From NCBI GenBank assembly GCA_905215905.1, contig CAJMRI010000010.1, forward strand, positions 2,838 to 66,837: a stretch of DNA of 64,000 nucleotides. Reading direction: 5' to 3'. The position numbers and the translations under genes are program-made. Each line of letters starts with the position of its first letter. The stretch's first letter is position 1. The notes beneath the pieces are model-generated. The model was not told the origin of the DNA, made no database searches, and was given only the letters and a program-made list of their open reading frames with translations. Source of the DNA: an uncultured bacterium. GTDB taxonomy: Bacteria > Actinomycetota > Coriobacteriia > Coriobacteriales > Coriobacteriaceae. Positions 9,992 to 18,968 of this stretch are shown here, piece by piece.

Positions 9992-10867
9992 TCAGCCAAA
10001 ACGTCCCGTCAAATAATCCGCTGTGCGCGAATCGGTCGGTTTTTTGAAGAGCTGAGCGGTGGGCGCGTGCTCCACCAGCTCGCCCAGCAAGAAAAACGCG
10101 ACCGAGTCGGAGATGCGCGCCGCCTGCTGCATATTGTGCGTAACGACCACCAACGTGCAGGTCTCCTTGAGCTCGCAGGCAAGCTGCTCCACCACCAGCG
10201 TCGACACGGGATCGAGGGCGCTCGTGGGCTCGTCCATCAGCAGAATGTCGGGCTGCACGGCAAGTGCACGGGCGATGCACAGGCGCTGCTGCTGTCCACC
10301 CGAAAGACCCAGGCCCGACTCCTTGAGCTTGTCCTTGACCTCATCCCACAGAGCGGCTCGACAAAGGGAATCCTCGACCAGCTCATCCAGCACGACGCGA
10401 TCGCGCACGCCCATGCCACGGGGGCCGTACGCGACGTTGTCGTAGATGCTCATGGGAAACGGGTTGGGGCGCTGGAACACCATGCCCACGCGCTGGCGAA
10501 GGCGGCAGATGTCGTAATCGCCCAGGATATCTTGACCATCGATCGCAATCTTGCCCTCGATTCGGCAGTCCTTGATGCCGTCGTTCATGCGGTTAAAGCA
10601 GCGCAGCAACGTGGACTTTCCGCAGCCCGAAGGCCCGATGAACGAGGTGATCTGCTTGTCGCGGATCTTGATATTCACGTCCTTGAGCGCATGATGGTCG
10701 CCATAGAACAGGTCGAGGCCCTCGACGTCGATGCGCGTCGGCGAGGCGGCAAGGTCCTGCGCCGTGGGGCGCGTCGCGTCTCCGACTTCGCGCTCGTGCG
10801 CAGCCTCGGCTCGCGCCTCCATTAGCTCCTCGAGCTCCGTGGGCTCCATAGCCACACCAGCCGTCAT
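9992..10867 (-). CDS. pstB: Phosphate ABC transporter ATP-binding protein
   Basis: [60 protein letters not shown]. Confidence 0.95.
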   Translation of the reverse strand: MTAGVAMEPTELEELMEARAEAAHEREVGDATRPTAQDLAASPTRIDVEGLDLFYGDHHALKDVNIKIRDKQITSFIGPSGCGKSTLLRCFNRMNDGIKDCRIEGKIAIDGQDILGDYDICRLRQRVGMVFQRPNPFPMSIYDNVAYGPRGMGVRDRVVLDELVEDSLCRAALWDEVKDKLKESGLGLSGGQQQRLCIARALAVQPDILLMDEPTSALDPVSTLVVEQLACELKETCTLVVVTHNMQQAARISDSVAFFLLGELVEHAPTAQLFKKPTDSRTADYLTGRFG

Positions 10868-10906
10868 ACCGCATACCTCCACGTCGATATCAATTCAGCA
10901 GTATCG

Positions 10907-10960
10907 ATAGTAGAAACCGCGGCTCATACGCACGTGAGCGCATTGTCAGGTGTTTGTAAG
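10907..10960 (-). promoter_or_regulatory. Putative pho-box-like tandem repeat plus -10 element upstream of pstB
   Basis: Minus strand TTACA-N6-TGACA (11-bp period, 10944-10959), then TACTAT (10907-10912). Confidence 0.5.
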
Positions 10961-10970
10961 GGCGCCTACG

Positions 10971-12215
10971 CTACGCGGCGGGCAGCTCGATGGTAAAAAC
11001 GGTATGCTCGGGTGTCGATTCGCACGCGATGGCGCCGCCATGCGCGCATACAATCTCCTTGGCGATGGCGAGACCCAGCCCAGCGCCGCCGCGATTGGTC
11101 GCACGCGCCGCATCCAGGCGATAGAACTTCTCAAAGATCACCTTGAGCTTTGGCTCAGGGATCGGATCGCCCTGGTTTATAAATCGTACGCGCACGCCGC
11201 CGTTACCCAAACGTCTGGCCTCAATCGTGATCATCGAGCCTTCATAGCTATAGGCAATAGCGTTTTTCATGATGTTGTTGAACACGCGAGCCATTTTGTC
11301 GCCATCCACGAGCACCGTCAGGTCCTCGCGAATATCAACTTGGACTTCCTTATGCTGCTCGTTGAGGATGGGATAGAACTCGTCAGTCACCTGAGCCAGC
11401 AGCAACCCCAGATCAACATAGCCGCGCGTGAGCACGATATCGTGGAAGTCAAAGCGCGTGATATCGAAGAACTCTTCGATGAGCGTATCGAGCCGGTGCG
11501 CCTTGTCGAGCGCCACGCCCGTAAAGTGCGCACGTTGCTCAACCGGCAGCTCAGGAGCCTCTTGCAGCAGCGAAAGATAGCCCACCACACTGGCAAGCGG
11601 GGTGCGTAGGTCATGTGCCAAGTACGTGACCAAATCGTCCTTGCGATGCGACTCGTCACGCAGAGCTTGCTGCACCTTGCGCTCACGGTCACGCACGCGG
11701 TTAAGGGCGCCCTCGACCTCCAAGAAGTCGCCGTCGATGTTATCCCAGGTGTCGGGGTGATCGATCAGGCGATCTTGAATACGAGCGGCCAGCACACAAT
11801 CGGCATGCTGCTCGCCCTGCTCGTAGCCATGGTAGTACAGGGCGCGGCCGCAAAAGAACAGCACGCACACGGCAAGCGCCAGCACAAAGCCAAGCATGTT
11901 GAATACAAAGCCGGCATCGAACAACACCGGCCCTTCGATGCCGCCGAGCGCCATGGCGCCAATCGCCAACGTCATGGCCCACGCGGCACCGCCAATCACC
12001 ACGCAACGGCGCACGATTTCGAATCGATCGATCAGCAAAAAGCCGACAAGCAGCACCGCTAAGACTCCGGCGATGTTGTCGATGCCAATCAGCAGCAGGC
12101 TCAGCAAAAAGAGCAGCACCGTCGCAAGCGCGCGGTTGTCGACGACTGCCCGTACGTATTCAAAGAGTCGATCGGGCACCTCGAATGCCTGCCTATCGTC
12201 TTTTGTCATATCCAC
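10971..12215 (-). CDS. Sensor histidine kinase, VanS-like
   Basis: YLAHDLRTPLASVVGYL, LIEEFFDITRF, IFEKFYRLDAAR...GGAGLGLAIAKEIV; multi-TM N-terminus. Confidence 0.88.
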   Translation of the reverse strand: MDMTKDDRQAFEVPDRLFEYVRAVVDNRALATVLLFLLSLLLIGIDNIAGVLAVLLVGFLLIDRFEIVRRCVVIGGAAWAMTLAIGAMALGGIEGPVLFDAGFVFNMLGFVLALAVCVLFFCGRALYYHGYEQGEQHADCVLAARIQDRLIDHPDTWDNIDGDFLEVEGALNRVRDRERKVQQALRDESHRKDDLVTYLAHDLRTPLASVVGYLSLLQEAPELPVEQRAHFTGVALDKAHRLDTLIEEFFDITRFDFHDIVLTRGYVDLGLLLAQVTDEFYPILNEQHKEVQVDIREDLTVLVDGDKMARVFNNIMKNAIAYSYEGSMITIEARRLGNGGVRVRFINQGDPIPEPKLKVIFEKFYRLDAARATNRGGAGLGLAIAKEIVCAHGGAIACESTPEHTVFTIELPAA

Positions 12216-12234
12216 TTCCCCACCATCAAAGGCG

Positions 12235-12930
12235 CTATTCGATTATGTAGCCGACGCCCCAGACGTTTTTGATAAAGCGCGGCTTTTGAGCGTCGTCGCC
12301 AATCTTTTCGCGCAGGTGGCGAATGTGCACCATCACCGTATTGTTGGAGCCGGGCATAAAATCCTCGTTCCACACCGCGCGGAACAGATCCTCCACGGCT
12401 ACCACGCTGCCGCGATGCTCAACCAGATACAGCAAGATGGAATACTCGATGGGCGTGAGGCGTACCGGTGCACCGTCCACCGTTACGGAACGAGCATCGC
12501 GGTTGATCTCCAGGCCGTCGAGCTGGATGGTCGGCGACTCGGCCGCCTGCGAGCGGCTACCGTAGCTGGTGTAGCGGCGAAGCTGAGCGTGCACGCGCGC
12601 GATGAGCTCCAGCGGACGGAACGGCTTAACCACGTAATCGTCCGCGCCAAGCGAAAGGCCCTCGATCTTGTCTTGCTGGGCATCGCGCGCCGTCAGCATG
12701 ATCACAGGATAGGTATGGCTGAAACGGATCGTACGCAGTAGCTCAAAGCCATCGATATCGGGCAGCATGACATCCAACAGTGCCAGATCGAACTCCTGCT
12801 CCAGGATTGCCTTGGCAGCATCGGCCCCGCTATAGGCAATCTGGACATCAAAGCCCTCTTTTGTAAGGTAGATACCAACCAAGTCGGCGATGGCCTTCTC
12901 GTCATCAACTACCAAAATGCGCTCGTTCAT
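12235..12930 (-). CDS. OmpR-family response regulator, VanR-like
   Basis: ILVVDDE, KPFRPLELIARV.AQLRRY, SNNTVMVHIRHLREK, IKNVWGVGY. Confidence 0.9.
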   Translation of the reverse strand: MNERILVVDDEKAIADLVGIYLTKEGFDVQIAYSGADAAKAILEQEFDLALLDVMLPDIDGFELLRTIRFSHTYPVIMLTARDAQQDKIEGLSLGADDYVVKPFRPLELIARVHAQLRRYTSYGSRSQAAESPTIQLDGLEINRDARSVTVDGAPVRLTPIEYSILLYLVEHRGSVVAVEDLFRAVWNEDFMPGSNNTVMVHIRHLREKIGDDAQKPRFIKNVWGVGYIIE

Positions 12931-12995
12931 GCGTGCTCCTCTCGCGCTCCATTATGCCCGAGGCGACGCACGCCACACACAACAAGCGTGGGTGA

Positions 12996-13011
12996 TTAAG
13001 TCGGCCTTAAG
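12996..13011. promoter_or_regulatory. Putative OmpR-family binding tandem repeat in the divergent RR / carboxypeptidase spacer
   Basis: TTAAG-TCGGCC-TTAAG, 11-bp period. Confidence 0.35.
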
Positions 13012-13127
13012 CACCCTTGTGCCCGTTCGGGCGCGGATGTGGGCCACGCACGCACGCGATGATCGCCGACGCCGGCAAACGATATACTCTAGTTCCAGAA
13101 GAGACCATCCCGTCGAAAGCGAAATCC

Positions 13128-14468
13128 GTGAAGTCCCTCACCTCTTTTGCAAAGCGCTCAGCCCAGCTTGCCGCCGGCTTTGTCTGCGCTATCGCCCTTG
13201 CCGCTGGCGTGCCCACCGTCGCCGGCGCCCAAGTACTCACGACCGACAATGTTTGCGGCAAAACCGCCGATGCGCGCGGCATCACGGCCGAAAACCTGCC
13301 CGATATCGATGCGACCAATGCCCTCGTCATGGGCAAAGACGGCACCGTCTACTATGCCCGCGGCGCCGATGAGCAGGTCAAGATTGCCTCGATCACCAAG
13401 GTCATGACCGCAATCCTAACCGTCGAGAATTGCAAGATGGACGAGAAGGCCACGGTGAGCAACGCCGCAGCCACCGTGGGCAATTCAACAGCCGGCCTAC
13501 TCGAAGGCGACGAGCTCACCGTGAAGCAGGCACTGCGCGGCCTGATGATTCCCTCGGGCAACGACGCCGCCATCGTGCTCGCCGAATATGTGGGCAAGAA
13601 GATCGACCCTAAGACCAAAGACGCCGAGGCAACATTTGTGAAAGCCATGAACGAGCGCGCTAAGAAGCTCGGTTGCACCGGCACGCTTTTTGAAAACCCG
13701 CATGGTCTGGACTTTGATGAGTGGGCTGGTGATATGCACTCAACCGCACACGACGTAGCGCTGATGATGCAGGAGGCCATGAAAAACGACACGATCCGCG
13801 AGGTCGTAGCGAGCGAAGATTCCTGGATCGAGGTCACGGGCGCCGACGGCACCGACCATTCGCATTCCATGGACACGCATAACTATTTGCTAGGCCAAGA
13901 TGGCAACATCGGTGGCAAGACCGGCACCACCGATGATGCAGGCTATTGCTTTACGGGTGCCTACAACCGCGATGGCGACGAGATCTACACCGTCGTTTTG
14001 AACTCCACCACCACCGACCAGCGCTTTACCGATACCGCAACCCTTGCCAATTGGTACTACGGTCACAAGGTGACGGTCGCAATCGCCAACACGCAGGAAA
14101 AGACCGCCAACGGCAACCCACTTATGGCGCGCATTGGCCAAACCGACTGGACGGATAAGACGATCGACGCCACACTCGCCGATCCTACGGCGCAAGCGAC
14201 CGTGTTTTCCCTTGCCGGCGAGGTGACCGAAAAGGTTAGCTACGACGATCTTTCGGGCACGGTGCATGTGGGCGACAAGGTGGGCAGCGTCACGCTCAAG
14301 CAGGACGGCACCAAGATCGCCGTCATGGACCTAGTTGCCGACGAGGAAGGCGCAGGGCCGAATCCCATTGAATGGCTGCTCGTGAAGCTCGATCGCTTGG
14401 GCCGTCGCATCGACAACCGCCCACTCACGGCAGAAAGCGAGACCGTCGCCAAGGCGCCCGAGGTGTAG
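13128..14468 (+). CDS. D-alanyl-D-alanine carboxypeptidase (peptidase S11)
   Basis: SxxK (SITK), SxN (SGN), NPHGL, KTG motifs; signal peptide after GTG 13128 (start uncertain). Confidence 0.92.
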   Translation: MKSLTSFAKRSAQLAAGFVCAIALAAGVPTVAGAQVLTTDNVCGKTADARGITAENLPDIDATNALVMGKDGTVYYARGADEQVKIASITKVMTAILTVENCKMDEKATVSNAAATVGNSTAGLLEGDELTVKQALRGLMIPSGNDAAIVLAEYVGKKIDPKTKDAEATFVKAMNERAKKLGCTGTLFENPHGLDFDEWAGDMHSTAHDVALMMQEAMKNDTIREVVASEDSWIEVTGADGTDHSHSMDTHNYLLGQDGNIGGKTGTTDDAGYCFTGAYNRDGDEIYTVVLNSTTTDQRFTDTATLANWYYGHKVTVAIANTQEKTANGNPLMARIGQTDWTDKTIDATLADPTAQATVFSLAGEVTEKVSYDDLSGTVHVGDKVGSVTLKQDGTKIAVMDLVADEEGAGPNPIEWLLVKLDRLGRRIDNRPLTAESETVAKAPEV

Positions 14469-14492
14469 GGTCAAAGAACAATACGCTCACTG

Positions 14493-14526
14493 AAAGAAGG
14501 TATCCGAAAGGATGCCTTCTTTTTTT
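14493..14526 (+). terminator. Intrinsic terminator
   Basis: AAAGAAGGTATCC-GAAA-GGATGCCTTCTTTTTTT. Confidence 0.8.
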
Positions 14527-14528
14527 GA

Positions 14529-14790
14529 GGGTTCGAATCCCCAGCCGCCATTCTTGATAATAAAAAGGGCCCCAAATGGGACCCTTCTTTCAAGTCATAC
14601 TGGCGGAGAGCTGGGGATGTCCGGGCATGCTGTGCATGCCCTCCGGCTTCAAAGCCTGGCGGCTTTTCGCCCACGGGCTACAAACGCTTTCGCGTTTGCT
14701 TAACGCCCGTGCCCTCTCGGGTTCGAATCCCCAGCCTCCTTTCTCCGCACAAAAAAGGGCCCCAAATGGGACCCTTCTTTCAAGTCATAC
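14529..14790 (-). repeat. tRNA-linked 190-bp module downstream of tRNA-Ser
   Basis: 14562-14618 duplicates 14752-14808 (tRNA 3' end plus terminator); inverted T-arm copies at 14529-14545 and 14719-14735. Confidence 0.9.
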
Positions 14791-14881
14791 TGGCGGAGAG
14801 CTGGGGATTCGAACCCCAGATGCCCTTTTGGGGCATACTCGCTTAGCAGGCGAGCACCTTCGGCCTCTCGGTCAGCTCTCC
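14791..14881 (-). tRNA. tRNA-Ser(GCT)
   Basis: GGAGAGCTGACCGAGAGGCCGAAGG...CTCGC-CT-GCT-AA-GCGAG, long variable arm, GGTTCGAATCC, encoded CCA. Confidence 0.97.
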
Positions 14882-14973
14882 GTAACAGCCGTTCTATAGT
14901 AACCAAACAGCCAAGGATGAGCAAGAGGAAATTTTCTAATTGCCTAGCAGCCTTTCCTTCTTGAAAGCTTCGC

Positions 14974-17415
14974 CTACCCCAGCGAGCGGTTGAGGGAGCC
15001 GAGCTCGTCGTTGCCCATGGTGCGCCACATTTGGAAGATACAACCGCGCGCCAGGAAAAAGAAACCGTTGTCGACCAGTTGCACAGCGGCATCTGCCAGC
15101 TGATTCGTCACGGCGGACACTGGCGGCAGCTCTAGTCCAGCCCTGTGGATGGTCTCGACCGCTTCCTCGAACGTCGGAGGCTCGCTGACGCCCATCTCGT
15201 TCATAAGGCCCTGCATTTCTTCCAGCGCGCTGCTGCCCGACTCCTCGCCGCGCGGCACCAGACGGTAACAAGCCAGCGCCAGGTCGAGCTGATCGCAATT
15301 CCAATAGGCAAACGCCAAGCGATAGAACAGGTAGCCGATTGCAGAACGATCGCTGGCAATACGTAGGCCGTGGCGCGCCACCTCGATAATCTCGTCAAAG
15401 CGCTCCAGACGCGCAAGCACGTTGATGAGCGCAAAGTGCGACTGCATGGACGAGCGCGCCAGATCGTAAAGATGGCGCACCTCGGGCAGTGCTCGTTCAA
15501 AGTCCTCTTGCTCGGCGTAAAAGCTGCAGATCTCGTGCTGGGCAAAGTACAGCGCATCGGGCGCACGAAGGATTCGCACAGAGCGGTCTTCTTCCAACAC
15601 CGGTAGCACCATGCGCACCAGCTGGTTATCGCAAAACTGCGTTTGAACCGGACCTGTCGCCAAAAGCTCGGCGACGGCGCACTTGGCCTCCAACTCCTCG
15701 ACAAGACGGGAAAAGCCTTCAAAAGCACCTGTACGGTCGACTTTTGCCTGCTCGCGCAATTCAACAACACGGGCCACGTATGGGTCGTCGTCCTCTTCCA
15801 TGACCTCCAGCTCGTCAGCCGTATCGGCAAGCAGCAGATCGCGCAGCGCCGGCGGCAGCATGCGATGGTCATCACGCGGACGAGCATGAACCTCCGCCGG
15901 CTCAATCGTCTCCGGAGCGGTTGACTCATACGCCTCAAGCACACGCTTGCACGGCATATCGTCCATGTCCATGCTCTCAAGATCCTTGGCGACAGGCACG
16001 CAATCGGCCAGATAGGCCGCACGCCCAAAGAAATACGTTGCGACAACGCACTCGCCCTGCTCACTGTCGGGAGCAGCAATCTGCACATAGCAGCGCGTGA
16101 TGCAGGTGCCCGCGGCAAAACACGCTGCCGCAAGCGTGAGCGCCACGCGCGCATCGTGCTCCGCGGCCCAGATCGTGCGCGTGTCCTCGTCCAGCTCGTG
16201 CCAGGCGTCATCTTGAGCGTCGTATTCACGTTGCGGCATGGCATCAACGACAGACTGCCCAAACCGAACGAGCATAATCCCCTCGGCAACGTTTGCCCGA
16301 TAGGTATAGTCGAGCCGCGTGACCACGTTAAGCGCCTCGACAATACGCGCGAAGCGGGTACGCACATCCCACTCACCGCCCGGCTGGCAAGCCACCGTAC
16401 CCGGTTCGCCCCACGGGTTATCGCTCGAGGCCGTATCGAGCAGTCGAGGAACATCGTTGGTCGTCTTAGCGATATGCCACGCATCAAAGAGCGCGCAGCC
16501 CTCAAGGCTCGGCGACGAGGCCGCGGGGACCAATCCAGCCCCGATGCGCTCAAGGATGCCGGAGAGGCGGTTGAGACGGCACTCGATGGCAAGCAGCATG
16601 TCAATCTCGTCCTGGTCCAGCAGGCTACGATCAAAATTGAGATAGAAAAGCTTTGAACGATCAATGCGAGCCAGGCTCATCTCGGACTTGGCAGCGATGG
16701 TGCGCAGGCGGGGCAAGTCAATTTCACTCATAAGGGCAGCGGCATAGCGCTCGATACCGCTCGGATTCTCGGCATGGTCAACGCGGTAAAGCAGCGTCTC
16801 GATAGCATCAGGGAGCGGTGCCGTGTTAAAGCCCAAAAACACCTCGACCGGCTCGGGCAACTTTACGAGCTTGATCTTGTCGATAACATTTTGCATACCC
16901 TCGTCGAGTCCGCCGGCGTCCGCCGTGCTCGCAAAAGCGCTTTCGGAGTTGGCAAATATCACGTAGCGCAAGAACATCGAGGCCATGAACTCGCCGTAAG
17001 GAAGGGCGCGGGTCGAATTCCATGTCTCGTGGTCGGACTGCTCGCGCATGGGGCCTTCGGGAGAGCCGACGGTTCGCGCGCACGCGCGCATTGTGCCGTT
17101 GGCTCCCCGAACCACAATCTCACCAATACCGGAGTCCGACTCGTCAAGGACCAGTTCCATGTCGGGATCGTTGGGCAGCGGAGCCTCGCTAACGGGGCGG
17201 TCCACCTTGTACACCTCACCCGAAACGCTTACGTAGCCCAAAAGCGACACATGACTTTTGCCAACGAATTCGACGACATAACAAGATTCATGCTGATCCT
17301 CGCCAAAGAGTTTCCAGACCACGCCATATGAGCGTCCCGCAGGCTGCTCGGGCATCGCCGGAAAGCGCTTCTTAGGATCGAGAAACCTGAGCTTGTATGT
17401 CGGACGCTCTGCCAC
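14974..17415 (-). CDS. Large hypothetical protein with probable C-terminal TPR-like repeats
   Basis: 813-aa ORF; helical repeats such as YRLAFAYWNCDQLDLALACY near the C-terminus. Confidence 0.75.
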   Translation of the reverse strand: MAERPTYKLRFLDPKKRFPAMPEQPAGRSYGVVWKLFGEDQHESCYVVEFVGKSHVSLLGYVSVSGEVYKVDRPVSEAPLPNDPDMELVLDESDSGIGEIVVRGANGTMRACARTVGSPEGPMREQSDHETWNSTRALPYGEFMASMFLRYVIFANSESAFASTADAGGLDEGMQNVIDKIKLVKLPEPVEVFLGFNTAPLPDAIETLLYRVDHAENPSGIERYAAALMSEIDLPRLRTIAAKSEMSLARIDRSKLFYLNFDRSLLDQDEIDMLLAIECRLNRLSGILERIGAGLVPAASSPSLEGCALFDAWHIAKTTNDVPRLLDTASSDNPWGEPGTVACQPGGEWDVRTRFARIVEALNVVTRLDYTYRANVAEGIMLVRFGQSVVDAMPQREYDAQDDAWHELDEDTRTIWAAEHDARVALTLAAACFAAGTCITRCYVQIAAPDSEQGECVVATYFFGRAAYLADCVPVAKDLESMDMDDMPCKRVLEAYESTAPETIEPAEVHARPRDDHRMLPPALRDLLLADTADELEVMEEDDDPYVARVVELREQAKVDRTGAFEGFSRLVEELEAKCAVAELLATGPVQTQFCDNQLVRMVLPVLEEDRSVRILRAPDALYFAQHEICSFYAEQEDFERALPEVRHLYDLARSSMQSHFALINVLARLERFDEIIEVARHGLRIASDRSAIGYLFYRLAFAYWNCDQLDLALACYRLVPRGEESGSSALEEMQGLMNEMGVSEPPTFEEAVETIHRAGLELPPVSAVTNQLADAAVQLVDNGFFFLARGCIFQMWRTMGNDELGSLNRSLG

Positions 17416-17538
17416 GAAATATCACCCTGATCGGTCGCTTGAGAAGGAGTGGTCGCGAATAAGTCACGACATCTACTCGGAATCTTACACGAGTCGACAG
17501 GAAATCGTCCCTTTGGACGAAGGCACTCAAGCTGGCGC

Positions 17539-17767
17539 AAAAGAAAAGCCCCCGTTGCCGGGAGCTTTAATCTCAAATGGTGCGGCGTATAGGATTCCGC
17601 GCATCCGCTGCGCGGATCCGCACCGGCTTCGCCCGCCTGCCGGCGTGCTCGCCCGCGGGCTAAAAACGCTCCGCGTTTTCTTTACGCCCGCGCCTCGACC
17701 GAGGTTCGAATCCATGCGGTGCTTACGTAAAAGAAAAGCCCCCGTTGCCGGGAGCTTTAATCTCAAA
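17539..17767 (-). repeat. tRNA-linked 190-bp module downstream of tRNA-Arg
   Basis: 17539-17597 identical to 17729-17787; core 17598-17701; inverted T-arm AGGTTCGAATCC at 17702-17713. Confidence 0.9.
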
Positions 17768-17844
17768 TGGTGCGGCGTATAGGATTCGAACCTATGACGT
17801 TCTGATTCGTAGTCAGACCCTCTATCCAGCTGAGGTAACGCCGC
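17768..17844 (-). tRNA. tRNA-Arg(ACG) copy 1
   Basis: 77 nt, anticodon loop CT-ACG-AA, CCA end. Confidence 0.97.
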
Positions 17845-17856
17845 GACTTGTTGATT

Positions 17857-17885
17857 ATTATGCACAGGGACTGAATAATGGTCAA
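17857..17885 (-). promoter_or_regulatory. Sigma70-type promoter of tRNA-Arg copy 1
   Basis: TTGACC-N17-CATAAT. The same arrangement precedes copy 2, and TTGACT-N17-TTTTAT precedes copy 3. Confidence 0.75.
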
Positions 17886-18033
17886 GCATTTTTTCAAAAA
17901 AAGTTATCGAATTTGATTTTTACTCATTTGATGCAGTCGATCGACTCGATACTTTCAAACACGGCGAAAGCAACTCCTCAAGTATGTCGACATATAAGAA
18001 AAGCCTCCGTTACCGGAGGCTTTAAAGTTCAGT

Positions 18034-18110
18034 TGGTGCGGCGTATAGGATTCGAACCTATGACGTTCTGATTCGTAGTCAGACCCTCTATCCAGCTGAG
18101 GTAACGCCGC
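18034..18110 (-). tRNA. tRNA-Arg(ACG) copy 2
   Basis: Identical to copy 1. Confidence 0.97.
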
Positions 18111-18263
18111 AACGCACGGATTATTATGCACGCGAGCCCCCGATGGGTCAAGCGACAATTTGAAAAATTTTTCCGAAGCGCTGATTAAGTTGTCGTGCGG
18201 ATCCGCACCGGCTTCGCCCGCCTAAAAGAAAAGCCCCCGTTGCCGGAGGCTTTCAAGTTCAAT

Positions 18264-18340
18264 TGGTGCGGCGTATAGGATTCGAACCTATGACGTTCTG
18301 ATTCGTAGTCAGACCCTCTATCCAGCTGAGGTAACGCCGC
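18264..18340 (-). tRNA. tRNA-Arg(ACG) copy 3
   Basis: Identical to copy 1. Confidence 0.97.
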
Positions 18341-18419
18341 AGCGCAAGACATATAAAACCACTTTAGTTCGTTAGAGTCAAGCAAAATCTCAAACTTTTT
18401 TTGCGCGGGCCGCAATTTG

Positions 18420-18800
18420 TCACGCTGCACCACAAGCATCAGCGCTTCTTGTGCGATCGATTGGCTTCTCAATCACATCGAACCCGGCGCCAAGCTCCCC
18501 CAGAAGCGAACGCACCCGTTGGGCACAGTCGTAGTCGGCAAACGAGATACCCAGCATGCGCGCCACCTGGTTAGAAGTTCCCACCTCATAAAACCGCTCA
18601 AGCGCCACAAGCCCCTCATGCGCCACAAACGTCTCGACCACATGCGGCGACTCCTCAAAGCACCATTGCGTCAATGGTCCCTCACTCGTCTGCCGAACCA
18701 CCAAGCCACCCATACCCGATGGCTCGCACGTTACCAGCAGGTGTTCCCCGCCCTCATCGCTCTGGAACAAAACAACCCGCTCGTCGAACAGCTCCATCAC
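18420..18800 (-). CDS. Hypothetical protein (126 aa)
   Basis: ORF with RBS AAAGGGG; acidic globular sequence; no recognised domain. Confidence 0.7.
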   Translation of the reverse strand: MMELFDERVVLFQSDEGGEHLLVTCEPSGMGGLVVRQTSEGPLTQWCFEESPHVVETFVAHEGLVALERFYEVGTSNQVARMLGISFADYDCAQRVRSLLGELGAGFDVIEKPIDRTRSADACGAA

Positions 18801-18857
18801 ATCCCCTTTCTCTTGCTCTTAGCCAACAAAAGAATAGCAGGTAAATGCATGTATACA

Positions 18858-18870
18858 GAACGTCTGTTCG
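18858..18870. promoter_or_regulatory. Putative LexA (SOS) box
   Basis: CGAAC-AGAC-GTTC on the minus strand fits the Gram-positive GAAC-N4-GTTC consensus; about 60 bp upstream of the 126-aa gene. Confidence 0.55.
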
Positions 18871-18915
18871 TGTGTTTTCTATCGAGCTGTCCGCACGGCA
18901 TGGTATAGCCGTACA

Positions 18916-18946
18916 CAAAAAGGGCGCCCCTAAAAGGAGCGCCCTC
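18916..18946 (-). terminator. serS terminator
   Basis: AGGGCGC stem followed by a T-run on the minus strand. Confidence 0.7.
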
Positions 18947-18968
18947 GCAAATCGCCTATGCAGCTAGT

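Noticed and set aside
10971..14468. Vancomycin resistance cluster
   Set aside because: No D-Ala-D-Lac/Ser ligase, vanH, vanX or vanT; the peptidase is S11 type, not VanY.
14529..18340. CRISPR array suggested by regularly spaced repeats
   Set aside because: The repeats are tRNA 3' ends and terminators with ~190-270 bp periods; there are no unique 30-40 bp spacers and no cas genes.
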